Origin: Eledone cirrhosa
Taxonomy: Eukaryota
Direction of reading: 5' to 3'
NCBI GenBank assembly: GCA_964016885.1
Contig: OZ024743.1
Coordinates: forward strand, 211,730,001-211,794,000
Length of the DNA stretch: 64,000 nt
A model generated the notes under the pieces. The model saw only the letters and a program-made list of their open reading frames with translations, made no database searches and was not told the origin of the DNA. The number at the start of each line of letters is the position of its first letter. The first letter of the stretch is position 1. Shown here piece after piece: positions 23,201 to 37,300 of this stretch. Both the position numbers and the translations under genes were made by a program.

Positions 23201-26200
23201 TTCACGCCACACATAGCCAATGAGTGTCTGCACATGTACCAGTAATTACAGATCGATCCGACCACGGACGGCCGGCCCGCGATTGAAAAGGTAACTCCGC
23301 CGGCAAATCGTCATTTTCGGATTCGTTTTCTTCGAAGCACACCATTCGCCGGCGGACTTCAGCTGCCTCATTTAGCATGGGCAGTTTTTCTTGAAGATCA
23401 CACCACACACAGCCAATGAGTGTCTGCACATGTACCAGTAATTACAGATCGATCCGACCACGGGCGGCCGGCCCGCGATTGAAAAGGTAACTCCGCCGGC
23501 AAATCGTCATTTTTGTGATCCGTTTTCTTCGAAGCACACCATTCGCCGGCGGACTTCAGCTGCCTCATTTAGCATGGGCAGTTTTTCTTGAAGATCACAC
23601 CACACACAGCCAATGAGTGTCTGCACATGTACCAGTAATTAGAGATCGATCCGACCACGGGCGGCCGGCCCACGATCGAGAAAAAGGTAACTCCGCCGGC
23701 AAATCGTCATTTTTGTGATCCGTTTTCTTCGAAGCACACCATTCGCCGCCGGACTTCAGCTGCCTCATTTAGGATGGGCAGTTTTTTTTGAAAATCACAC
23801 CACACACAACCAATGTGTGTCTGCACATGTACCAGTAATTACAGATCGATCCGACCACGGGCGGCCGGCCCGCGATTGAAAAGGTAACTCCGCCGGCAAA
23901 TCGTCATTTTTGTGATTCGTTTTCTTCGAAGCACACCATTCGCCGCCGGACTTCAGCTGCCTCATTTATCATGGGCAGTTTTTTTTGAAAATCACACCAC
24001 ACACAACCAATGTGTGTCTGCACATGTACCAGTAATTACAGATCGATCCCACCACGAGTTCAATGTAAACTAACTTACGCTCAACGACTTTGTTGACGTT
24101 TAACACGGTTTGGTTCCACAGCCACAACTATTGATTTTAAGGAGATATCTTGCTGAAATTCACGCCACACATAGCCAATGAGTGTCTGCACATGTACCAG
24201 TAATTACAGATCGATGCGACCAGGGGCGGCCGGCCCGCGATTGAAAAGGTAACTCCGCCGGCAAATCGTCATTTTTGGATTTGTTTTCTTCGAAGCACAC
24301 CATTCGCCGGCGGACTTTGTTGACGTTTAACACGGTTTGGTTCCACAGCCACAACTATTGATTTTAAGGAGATATCTTGCTGAAATTCACGCCACACATA
24401 GCCAATGAGTGTCTGCACATGTACCAGTAATTACAGATCGATCCGACCACGGGCGGCCGGCCCGCGATTGAAAAGGTAACTCCGCCGGCAAATCGTCATT
24501 TTTGTGATCCGTTTTCTTCGAAGCACACCATTCGCCGCCGGACTTCAGCTGCCTCATTTAGCATGGGCAGTTTTTTTTGAAAATCACACCACACACAACC
24601 AATGTGTGTCTGCACATGTACCAGTAATTACAGATCGATCCCACCACGGGCGGCCGGCCCACAATCGAAAAGGTTACTCCGCCTGCAAATCGTCATTTTC
24701 GGATTCGTTTTCTTCGAAGCACACCATTCGCCGGCGGACTTCAGCTGCCTCATTTAGCATGGGCAGTTTTTCTTGAAGATCACACCACACACAGCCAATG
24801 AGTGTCTGCACATGTACCAGTAATTAGAGATCGATCCGACCACGGGCGGCCGGCCCACGATCGAGAAAAAGGTAACTCCGCCGGCAAATCGTCATTTTTG
24901 TGATCCGTTTTCTTCGAAGCACACCATTCGCCGCCGGACTTCAGCTGCCTCATTTAGCATGGGCAGTTTTTTTTGAAAATCACACCACACACAACCAATG
25001 TGTGTCTGCACATGTACCAGTAATTACAGATCGATCCCACCACGAGTTCAATGTAAACAAACTTACGCTCAACGACTTTGTTGACGTTTAACACGGTTTG
25101 GTTCCACAGCCACAACTATTGATTTTACGGAGATATCTTGCTGAAATTCACGCCACACATAGCCAATGAGTGTCTGCACATGTACCAGTAATTACAGATC
25201 GATCCGACCAGGGGCGGCCAGCCCGCGATTGAAAAGGTAACTCCGCCGGCAAATCGTCATTTTTGTGATTCGTTTTCTTCGAAGCACACCATTCGCCGGC
25301 GGACTTTGTTGACGTTTAACACGGTTTGGTTCCACAGCCACAACTATTGATTTTAAGGAGATATCTTGCTGAAATTCACGCCACACATAGCCAATGAGTG
25401 TCTGCACATGTACCAGTAATTACAGATGGATCCCACCACGGGCGGCCGGCCCGCGATTGAAAAGGTTACTCCGCCTGCAAATCGTCATTTTCGGATTCGT
25501 TTTCTTCGAAGCACACCATTCGCCGGCGGACTTCAGCTGCCTCATTTAGCATGGGCAGTTTTTCTTGAAGATCACACCACACACAGCCAATGAGTGTCTG
25601 CAGATGTACCAGTAATTAGAGATCGATCCGACCACGGGCGGCCGGCCCAAGATCGAGAAAAAGGTAACTCCGCCGGCAAATCGTCATTTTTGTGATCCGT
25701 TTTCTTCGAAGCACACCATTCGCCGCCGGACTTCAGCTGCCTCATTTAGGATGGGCAGTTTTTTTTGAAAATCACACCACACACAACCAATGTGTGTCTG
25801 CACATGTACCAGTAATTACAGATCGATCCGACCACGGGCGGCCGGCCCGCGATTGAAAAGGTAACTCCGCCGGCAAATCGTCATTTTTGTGATTCGTTTT
25901 CTTCGAAGCACACCATTCGCCGCCGGACTTCAGCTGCCTCATTTAGCATGGGCAGTTTTTTTTGAAAATCACACCACACACAACCAATGTGTGTCTGCAC
26001 ATGTACCAGTAATTACAGATCGATCCCACCACGAGTTCAATGTAAACTAACTTACGCTCAACGACTTTGTTGACGTTTAACACGGTTTGGTTCCACAGCC
26101 ACAACTATTGATTTTAAGGAGATATCTTGCTGAAATTCACGCCACACATAGCCAATGAGTGTCTGCACATGTACCAGTAATTACAGATCGATCCGACCAG

Positions 26201-28327
26201 GGGCGGCCGGCCCGCGATTGAAAAGGTAACTCCGCCGGCAAATCGTCATTTTTGGATTCGTTTTCTTCGAAGCACACCATTCGCCGGCGGACTTTGTTGA
26301 CGTTTAACACGGTTTGGTTCCACAGCCACAACTATTGATTTTAAGGAGATATCTTGCTGAAATTCACGCCACACATAGCCAATGAGTGTCTGCACATGTA
26401 CCAGTAATTACAGATCGATCCGACCACGGACGGCCGGCCCGCGATTGAAAAGGTAACTCCGCCGGCAAATCGTCATTTTCGGATTCGTTTTCTTCGAAGC
26501 ACACCATTCGCCGGCGGACTTCAGCTGCCTCATTTAGCATGGGCAGTTTTTCTTGAAGATCACACCACACACAGCCAATGAGTGTCTGCACATGTACCAG
26601 TAATTACAGATGGATCCCACCACGGGCGGCCGGCCCACAATCGAAAAGGTTACTCCGCCTGCAAATCGTCATTTTCGGATTCGTTTTCTTCGAAGCACAC
26701 CATTCGCCGGCGGACTTCAGCTGCCTCATTTAGCATGGGCAGTTTTTCTTGAAGATCACACGACACACAGCCAATGAGTGTCTGCACATGTACCAGTAAT
26801 TAGAGATCGATCCGACCACGGGCGGCCGGCCCACGATCGAGAAAAAGGTAACTCCGCCGGCAAATCGTCATTTTTGTGATCCGTTTTCTTCGAAGCACAC
26901 CATTCGCCGCCGGACTTCAGCTGCCTCATTTAGGATGGGCAGTTTTTTTTGAAAATCACACCACACACAACCAATGTGTGTCTGCACATGTACCAGTAAT
27001 TACAGATCGATCCGACCACGGGCGGCCGGCCCGCGATTGAAAAGGTAACTCCGCCGGCAAATCGTCATTTTTGTGATTCGTTTTCTTCGAAGCACACCAT
27101 TCGCCGCCGGACTTCAGCTGCCTCATTTAGCATGGGCAGTTTTTTTTGAAAATCACACCACACACAACCAATGTGTGTCTGCACATGTACCAGTAATTAC
27201 AGATCGATCCCACCACGAGTTCAATGTAAACTAACTTACGCTCAACGACTTTGTTGACGTTTAACACGGTTTGGTTCCACAGCCACAACTATTGATTTTA
27301 AGGAGATATCTTGCTGAAATTCACGCCACACATAGCCAATGAGTGTCTGCACATGTACCAGTAATTACAGATCGATGCGACCAGGGGCGGCCGGCCCGCG
27401 ATTGAAAAGGTAACTCCGCCGGCAAATCGTCATTTTTGGATTCGTTTTCTTCGAAGCACACCATTCGCCGGCGGACTTTGTTGACGTTTAACACGGTTTG
27501 GTTCCACAGCCACAACTATTGATTTTAAGGAGATATCTTGCTGAAATTCACGCCACACATAGCCAATGAGTGTCTGCACATTTACCAGTAATTACAGATC
27601 GATCCGACCACGGGCGGCCGGCCCGCGATTGAAAAGGTAACTCCGCCGGCAAATCGTCATTTTTGTGATCCGTTTTCTTCGAAGCACACCATTCGCCGCC
27701 GGACTTCAGCTGCCTCATTTAGCATGGGCAGTTTTTTTTGAAAATCACACCACACACAACCAATGTGTGTCTGCACATGTACCAGTAATTACAGATCGAT
27801 CCCACCACGGGCGGCCGGCCCACAATCGAAAAGGTTACTCCGCCTGCAAATCGTCATTTTCGGATTCGTTTTCTTCGAAGCACACCATTCGCCGGCGGAC
27901 TTCAGCTGCCTCATTTAGCATGGGCAGTTTTTCTTGAAGATCACACCACACACAGCCAATGAGTGTCTGCACATGTACCAGTAATTAGAGATCGATCCGA
28001 CCACGGGCGGCCGGCCCACGATCGAGAAAAAGGTAACTCCGCCGGCAAATCGTCATTTTTGTGATCCGTTTTCTTCGAAGCACACCATTCGCTGCCGGAC
28101 TTCAGCTGCCTCATTTAGCATGGGCAGTTTTTTTTGAAAATCACACCACACACAACCAATGTGTGTCTGCACATGTACCAGTAATTACAGATCGATCCGA
28201 CCAGGGGCGGCCAGCCCGCGATTGAAAAGGTAACTCCGCCGGCAAATCGTCATTTTTGTGATTCGTTTTCTTCGAAGCACACCATTCGCCGGCGGACTTT
28301 GTTGACGTTTAACACGGTTTGGTTCCA

Positions 28328-31300
28328 CAGCCACAACTATTGATTTTAAGGAGATATCTTGCTGAAATTCACGCCACACATAGCCAATGAGTGTCTGCAC
28401 ATGTACCAGTAATTACAGATGGATCCCACCACGGGCGGCCGGCCCGCGATTGAAAAGGTTACTCCGCCTGCAAATCGTCATTTTCGGATTCGTTTTCTTC
28501 GAAGCACACCATTCGCCGGCGGACTTCAGCTGCCTCATTTAGCATGAGCAGTTTTTCTTGAAGATCACACCACACACAGCCAATGAGTGTCTGCACATGT
28601 ACCAGTAATTACAGATGGATCCCACCACGGGCGGCCGGCCCACAATCGAAAAGGTAACTCCGCCGGCAAATCGTCATTTTCGGATTCGTTTTCTTCGAAG
28701 CACACCATTCGCCGGCGGACTTCAGCTGCCTCATTTAGCATGGGCAGTTTTTCTTGAAGATCACACCACACACAGCCAATGAGTGTCTGCACATGTACCA
28801 GTAATTAGAGATCGATCCGACCACGGGCGGCCGGCCCACGATCGAGAAAAAGGTAACTCCGCCGGCAAATCGTCATTTTTGTGATCCGTTTTCTTCGAAG
28901 CACACCATTCGCCGCCGGACTTCAGCTGCCTCATTTAGGATGGGCAGTTTTTTTTGAAAATCACACCACACACAACCAATGTGTGTCTGCACATGTACCA
29001 GTAATTACAGATCGATCCGACCACGGGCGGCCGGCCCGCGATTGAAAAGGTAACTCCGCCGGCAAATCGTCATTTTTGTGATTCGTTTTCTTCGAAGCAC
29101 ACCATTCGCCGCCGGACTTCAGCTGCCTCATTTAGCATGGGCAGTTTTTTTTGAAAATCACACCACACACAACCAATGTGTGTCTGCACATGTACCAGTA
29201 ATTACAGATCGATCCCACCACGAGTTCAATGTAAACTAACTTACGCTCAACGACTTTGTTGACGTTTAACACGGTTTGGTTCCACAGCCACAACTATTGA
29301 TTTTAAGGAGATATCTTGCTGAAATTCACGCCACACATAGCCAATGAGTGTCTGCACATGTACCAGTAATTACAGATCGATGCGACCAGGGGCGGCCGGC
29401 CCGCGATTGAAAAGGTAACTCCGCCGGCAAATCGTCATTTTTGGATTCGTTTTCTTCGAAGCACACCATTCGCCGGCGGACTTTGTTGACGTTTAACACG
29501 GTTTGGTTCCACAGCCACAACTATTGATTTTAAGGAGATATCTTGCTGAAATTCACGCCACACATAGCCAATGAGTGTCTGCACATTTACCAGTAATTAC
29601 AGATCGATCCGACCACGGGCGGCCGGCCCGCGATTGAAAAGGTAACTCCGCCGGCAAATCGTCATTTTCGGATTCGTTTTCTTCGAAGCACACCATTCGC
29701 CGGCGGACTTCAGCTGCCTCATTTAGCATGGGCAGTTTTTCTTGAAGATCACACCACACACAGCCAATGAGTGTCTGCACATGTACCAGTAATTACAGAT
29801 GGATCCCACCACGGGCGGCCGGCCCACAATCGAAAAGGTTACTCCGCCTGCAAATCGTCATTTTCGGATTCGTTTTCTTCGAAGCACACCATTCGCCGGC
29901 GGACTTCAGCTGCCTCATTTAGCATGGGCAGTTTTTCTTGAAGATCACACCACACACAGCCAATGAGTGTCTGCACATGTACCAGTAATTAGAGATCGAT
30001 CCGACCACGGGCGGCCGGCCCACGATCGAGAAAAAGGTAACTCCGCCGGCAAATCGTCATTTTTGTGATCCGTTTTCTTCGAAGCACACCATTCGCTGCC
30101 GGACTTCAGCTGCCTCATTTAGCATGGGCAGTTTTTTTTGAAAATCACACCACACACAACCAATGTGTGTCTGCACATGTACCAGTAATTACAGATCGAT
30201 CCGACCAGGGGCGGCCAGCCCGCGATTGAAAAGGTAACTCCGCCGGCAAATCGTCATTTTTGTGATTCGTTTTCTTCGAAGCACACCATTCGCCGGCGGA
30301 CTTTGTTGACGTTTAACACGGTTTGGTTCCACAGCCACAACTATTGATTTTAAGGAGATATCTTGCTGAAATTCACGCCACACATAGCCAATGAGTGTCT
30401 GCACATGTACCAGTAATTACAGATGGATCCCACCACGGGCGGCCGGCCCGCGATTGAAAAGGTTACTCCGCCTGCAAATCGTCATTTTCGGATTCGTTTT
30501 CTTCGAAGCACACCATTCGCCGGCGGACTTCAGCTGCCTCATTTAGCATGGGCAGTTTTTCTTGAAGATCACACCACACACAGCCAATGAGTGTCTGCAG
30601 ATGTACCAGTAATTAGAGATCGATCCGACCACGGGCGGCCGGCCCACGATCGAGAAAAAGGTAACTCCGCCGGCAAATCGTCATTTTTGTGATCCGTTTT
30701 CTTCGAAGCACACCATTCGCCGCCGGACTTCAGCTGCCTCATTTAGGATGGGCAGTTTTTTTTGAAAATCACACCACACACAACCAATGTGTGTCTGCAC
30801 ATGTACCAGTAATTACAGATCGATCCGACCACGGGCGGCCGGCCCGCGATTGAAAAGGTAACTCCGCCGGGAAATCGTCATTTTTGTGATTCGTTTTCTT
30901 CGAAGCACACCATTCGCCGCCGGACTTCAGCTGCCTCATTTAGCATGGGCAGTTTTTTTTGAAAATCACACCACACACAACCAATGTGTGTCTGCACATG
31001 TACTAGTAATTACAGATCGATCCCACCACGAGTTCAATGTAAACTAACTTACGCTCAACGACTTTGTTGACGTTTAACACGGTTTGGTTCCACAGCCACA
31101 ACTATTGATTTTAAGGAGATATCTTGCTGAAATTCACGCCACACATAGCCAATGAGTGTCTGCACATGTACCAGTAATTACAGATCGATCCGACCAGGGG
31201 CGGCCGGCCCGCGATTGAAAAGGTAACTCCGCCGGCAAATCGTCATTTTTGGATTCGTTTTCTTCGAAGCACACCATTCGCCGGCGAACTTTGTTGACGT

Positions 31301-34300
31301 TTAACACGGTTTGGTTCCACAGCCACAACTATTGATTTTAAGGAGATATCTTGCTGAAATTCACGCCACACATAGCCAATGAGTGTCTGCACATGTACCA
31401 GTAATTACAGATCGATCCAACCACGGACGGCCGGCCCGCGATTGAAAAGGTAACTCCGCCGGCAAATCGTCATTTTCGGATTCGTTTTCTTCGAAGCACA
31501 CCATTCGCCGGCGGACTTCAGCTGCCTCATTTAGCATGGGCAGTTTTTCTTGAAGATCACACCACACACAGCCAATGAGTGTCTGCACATGTACCAGTAA
31601 TTACAGATGGATCCCACCACGGGCGGCCGGCCCACAATCGAAAAGGTTACTCCGCCTGCAAATCGTCATTTTCGGATTCGTTTTCTTCGAAGCACACCAT
31701 TCGCCGGCGGACTTCAGCTGCCTCATTTAGCATGGGCAGTTTTTCTTGAAGATCACACCACACACAGCCAATGAGTGTCTGCACATGTACCAGTAATTAG
31801 AGATCGATCCGACCACGGGCGGCCGGCCCACGATCGAGAAAAAGGTAACTCCGCCGGCAAATCGTCATTTTTGTGATCCGTTTTCTTCGAAGCACACCAT
31901 TCGCCGCCGGACTTCAGCTGCCTCATTTAGGATGGGCAGTTTTTTTTGAAAATCACACCACACACAACCAATGTGTGTCTGCACATGTACCAGTAATTAC
32001 AGATCGATCCGACCACGGGCGGCCGGCCCGCGATTGAAAAGGTAACTCCGCCGGCAAATCGTCATTTTTGTGATTCGTTTTCTTCGAAGCACACCATTCG
32101 CCGCCGGACTTCAGCTGCCTCATTTAGCATGGGCAGTTTTTTTTGAAAATCACACCACACACAACCAATGTGTGTCTGCACATGTACCAGTAATTACAGA
32201 TCGATCCCACCACGAGTTCAATGTAAACTAACTTACGCTCAACGACTTTGTTGACGTTTAACACGGTTTGGTTCCACAGCCACAACTATTGATTTTAAGG
32301 AGATATCTTGCTGAAATTCACGCCACACATAGCCAATGAGTGTCTGCACATGTACCAGTAATTACAGATCGATGCGACCAGGGGCGGCCGGCCCGCGATT
32401 GAAAAGGTAACTCCGCCGGCAAATCGTCATTTTTGGATTCGTTTTCTTCGAAGCACACCATTCGCCGGCGGACTTTGTTGACGTTTAACACGGTTTGGTT
32501 CCACAGCCACAACTATTGATTTTAAGGAGATATCTTGCTGAAATTCACGCCACACATAGCCAATGAGTGTCTGCACATTTACCAGTAATTACAGATCGAT
32601 CCAACCACGGACGGCCGGCCCGCGATTGAAAAGGTAACTCCGCCGGCAAATCGTCATTTTTGTGATCCGTTTTCTTCGAAGCACACCATTCGCCGGCGGA
32701 CTTCAGCTGCCTCATTTAGCATGGGCAGTTTTTCTTGAAGATCACACCACACACAGCCAATGAGTGTCTGCACATGTACCAGTAATTAGAGATCGATCCG
32801 ACCACGGGCGGCCGGCCCACGATCGAGAAAAAGGTAACTCCGCCGGCAAATCGTCATTTTTGTGATCCGTTTTCTTCGAAGCACACCATTCGCCGCCGGA
32901 CTTCAGCTGCCTCATTTAGCATGGGCAGTTTTTTTTGAAAATCACACCACACACAACCAATGTGTGTCTAAACATGTACCAGTAATTACAGATCGATCCG
33001 ACCACGGGCGGCCGGCCCGCGATTGAAAAGGTAACTCCGCCGGCAAATCGTCATTTTTGTGATTCGTTTTCTTCGAAGCACACCATTCGCCGCCGGACTT
33101 CAGCTGCCTCATTTAGCATGGGCAGTTTTTCTTGAAGATCACACCACACACAGCCAATGAGTGTCTGCACATGTACCAGTAATTAGAGATCGATCCGACC
33201 ACGGGCGGCCGGCCCACGATCGAGAAAAAGGTAACTCCGCCGGCAAATCGTCATTTTTGTGATCCGTTTTCTTCGAAGCACACCATTCGCCGCCGGACTT
33301 CAGCTGCCTCATTTAGGATGGGCAGTTTTTTTTGAAAATCACACCACACACAACCAATGTGTGTCTGCACATGTACCAGTAATTACAGATCGATCCCACC
33401 ACGAGTTCAATGTAAACTAACTTACGCTCAACGACTTTGTTGACGTTTAACACGGTTTGGTTCCACAGCCACAACTATTGATTTTAAGGAGATATCTTGC
33501 TGAAATTCACGCCACACATAGCCAATGAGTGTCTGCACATGTACCAGTAATTACAGATCGATGCGACCAGGGGCGGCCGGCCCGCGATTGAAAAGGTAAC
33601 TCCGCCGGCAAATCGTCATTTTTGGATTCGTTTTCTTCGAAGCACACCATTCGCCGGCGGACTTTGTTGACGTTTAACACGGTTTGGTTCCACAGCCACA
33701 ACTATTGATTTTAAGGAGATATCTTGCTGAAATTCACGCCACGCATAGCCAATGAGTGTCTGCACATTTACCAGTAATTACAGATCGATCCGACCACGGG
33801 CGGCCGGCCCGCGATTGAAAAGGTAACTCCGCCGGCAAATCGTCATTTTTGTGATCCGTTTTCTTCGAAGCACACCATTCGCCGCCGGACTTCAGCTGCC
33901 TCATTTAGCATGGGCAGTTTTTTTTGAAAATCACACCACACACAACCAATGTGTGTCTGCACATGTACCAGTAATTACAGATCGATCCCACCACGGGCGG
34001 CCGGCCCACAATCGAAAAGGTTACTCCGCCTGCAAATCGTCATTTTCGGATTCGTTTTCTTCGAAGCACACCATTCGCCGGCGGACTTCAGCTGCCTCAT
34101 TTAGCATGGGCAGTTTTTCTTGAAGATCACACCACACACAGCCAATGAGTGTCTGCACATGTACCAGTAATTAGAGATCGATCCGACCACGGGCGGCCGG
34201 CCCACGATCGAGAAAAAGGTAACTCCGCCGGCAAATCGTCATTTTTGTGATCCGTTTTCTTCGAAGCACACCATTCGCCGCCGGACTTCAGCTGCCTCAT

Positions 34301-37300
34301 TTAGCATGGGCAGTTTTTTTTGAAAATCACACCACACACAACCAATGTGTGTCTAAACATGTACCAGTAATTACAGATCGATCCGACCACGGGCGGCCGG
34401 CCCGCGATTGAAAAGGTAACTCCGCCGGCAAATCGTCATTTTTGTGATTCGTTTTCTTCGAAGCACACCATTCGCCGCCGGACTTCAGCTGCCTCATTTA
34501 GCATGGGCAGTTTTTTTTGAAAATCACACCACACACAACCAATGTGTGTCTGCACATGTACCAGTAATTACAGATCGATCCCACCACGAGTTCAATGTAA
34601 ACAAACTTACGCTCAACGACTTTGTTGACGTTTAACACGGTTTGGTTCCACAGCCACAACTATTGATTTTACGGAGATATCTTGCTGAAATTCACGCCAC
34701 ACATAGCCAATGAGTGTCTGCACATGTACCAGTAATTACAGATCGATCCGACCAGGGGCGGCCGGCCCGCGATTGAAAAGGTAACTCCGCCGGCAAATCG
34801 TCATTTTCGGATTCGTTTTCTTCGAAGCACACCATTCGCCGGCGGACTTCAGCTGCCTCATTTAGCATGGGCAGTTTTTCTTGAAGATCACACCACACAC
34901 AGCCAATGAGTGTCTGCACATGTACCAGTAATTACAGATGGATCCCACCACGGGCGGCCGGCCCACAATCGAAAAGGTTACTCCGCCTGCAAATCGTCAT
35001 TTTCGGATTCGTTTTCTTCGAAGCACACCATTCGCCGGCGGACTTCAGCTGCCTCATTTAGCATGGGCAGTTTTTCTTGAAGATCACACCACACACAGCC
35101 AATGAGTGTCTGCACATGTACCAGTAATTAGAGATCGATCCGACCACGGGCGGCCGGCCCGCGATTGAAAAGGTAACTCCGCCGGCAAATCGTCATTTTT
35201 GTGATTCGTTTTCTTCGAAGCACACCTTTCGCCGCCGGACTTCAGCTGCCTCATTTAGCATGGGCAGTTTTTTTTGAAAATCACACCACACACAACCAAT
35301 GTGTGTCTGCACATGTACCAGTAATTACAGATCGATCCCACCACGAGTTCAATGTAAACTAACTTACGCTCAACGACTTTGTTGACGTTTAACACGGTTT
35401 GGTTCCACAGCCACAACTATTGATTTTAAGGAGATATCTTGCTGAAATTCACGCCACACATAGCCAATGAGTGTCTGCACATGTACCAGTAATTACAGAT
35501 CGATGCGACCAGGGGCGGCCGGCCCGCGATTGAAAAGGTAACTCCGCCGGCAAATCGTCATTTTTGGATTCGTTTTCTTCGAAGCACACCATTCGCCGGC
35601 GGACTTTGTTGACGTTTAACACGGTTTGGTTCCACAGCCACAACTATTGATTTTAAGGAGATATCTTGCTGAAATTCACGCCACACATAGCCAATGAGTG
35701 TCTGCACATTTACCAGTAATTACAGATCGATCCAACCACGGACGGCCGGCCCGCGATTGAAAAGGTAACTCCGCCGGCAAATCGTCATTTTTGTGATCCG
35801 TTTTCTTCGAAGCACACCATTCGCCGGCGGACTTCAGCTGCCTCATTTAGCATGGGCAGTTTTTCTTGAAGATCACACCACACACAGCCAATGAGTGTCT
35901 GCACATGTACCAGTAATTAGAGATCGATCCGACCACGGGCGGCCGGCCCACGATCGAGAAAAAGGTAACTCCGCCGGCAAATCGTCATTTTTGTGATCCG
36001 TTTTCTTCGAAGCACACCATTCGCCGCCGGACTTCAGCTGCCTCATTTAGCATGGGCAGTTTTTTTTGAAAATCACACCACACACAACCAATGTGTGTCT
36101 AAACATGTACCAGTAATTACAGATCGATCCGACCACGGGCGGCCGGCCCGCGATTGAAAAGGTAACTCCGCCGGCAAATCGTCATTTTTGTGATTCGTTT
36201 TCTTCGAAGCACACCATTCGCCGCCGGACTTCAGCTGCCTCATTTAGCATGGGCAGTTTTTCTTGAAGATCACACCACACACAGCCAATGAGTGTCTGCA
36301 CATGTACCAGTAATTAGAGATCGATCCGACCACGGGCGGCCGGCCCACGATCGAGAAAAAGGTAACTCCGCCGGCAAATCGTCATTTTTGTGATCCGTTT
36401 TCTTCGAAGCACACCATTCGCCGCCGGACTTCAGCTGCCTCATTTAGGATGGGCAGTTTTTTTTGAAAATCACACCACACACAACCAATGTGTGTCTGCA
36501 CATGTACCAGTAATTACAGATCGATCCCACCACGAGTTCAATGTAAACTAACTTACGCTCAACGACTTTGTTGACGTTTAACACGGTTTGGTTCCACAGC
36601 CACAACTATTGATTTTAAGGAGATATCTTGCTGAAATTCACGCCACACATAGCCAATGAGTGTCTGCACATGTACCAGTAATTACAGATCGATGCGACCA
36701 GGGGCGGCCGGCCCGCGATTGAAAAGGTAACTCCGCCGGCAAATCGTCATTTTTGGATTCGTTTTCTTCGAAGCACACCATTCGCCGGCGGACTTTGTTG
36801 ACGTTTAACACGGTTTGGTTCCACAGCCACAACTATTGATTTTAAGGAGATATCTTGCTGAAATTCACGCCACGCATAGCCAATGAGTGTCTGCACATTT
36901 ACCAGTAATTACAGATCGATCCGACCACGGGCGGCCGGCCCGCGATTGAAAAGGTAACTCCGCCGGCAAATCGTCATTTTTGTGATCCGTTTTCTTCGAA
37001 GCACACCATTCGCCGCCGGACTTCAGCTGCCTCATTTAGCATGGGCAGTTTTTTTTGAAAATCACACCACACACAACCAATGTGTGTCTGCACATGTACC
37101 AGTAATTACAGATCGATCCCACCACGGGCGGCCGGCCCACAATCGAAAAGGTTACTCCGCCTGCAAATCGTCATTTTCGGATTCGTTTTCTTCGAAGCAC
37201 ACCATTCGCCGGCGGACTTCAGCTGCCTCATTTAGCATGGGCAGTTTTTCTTGAAGATCACACCACACACAGCCAATGAGTGTCTGCACATGTACCAGTA

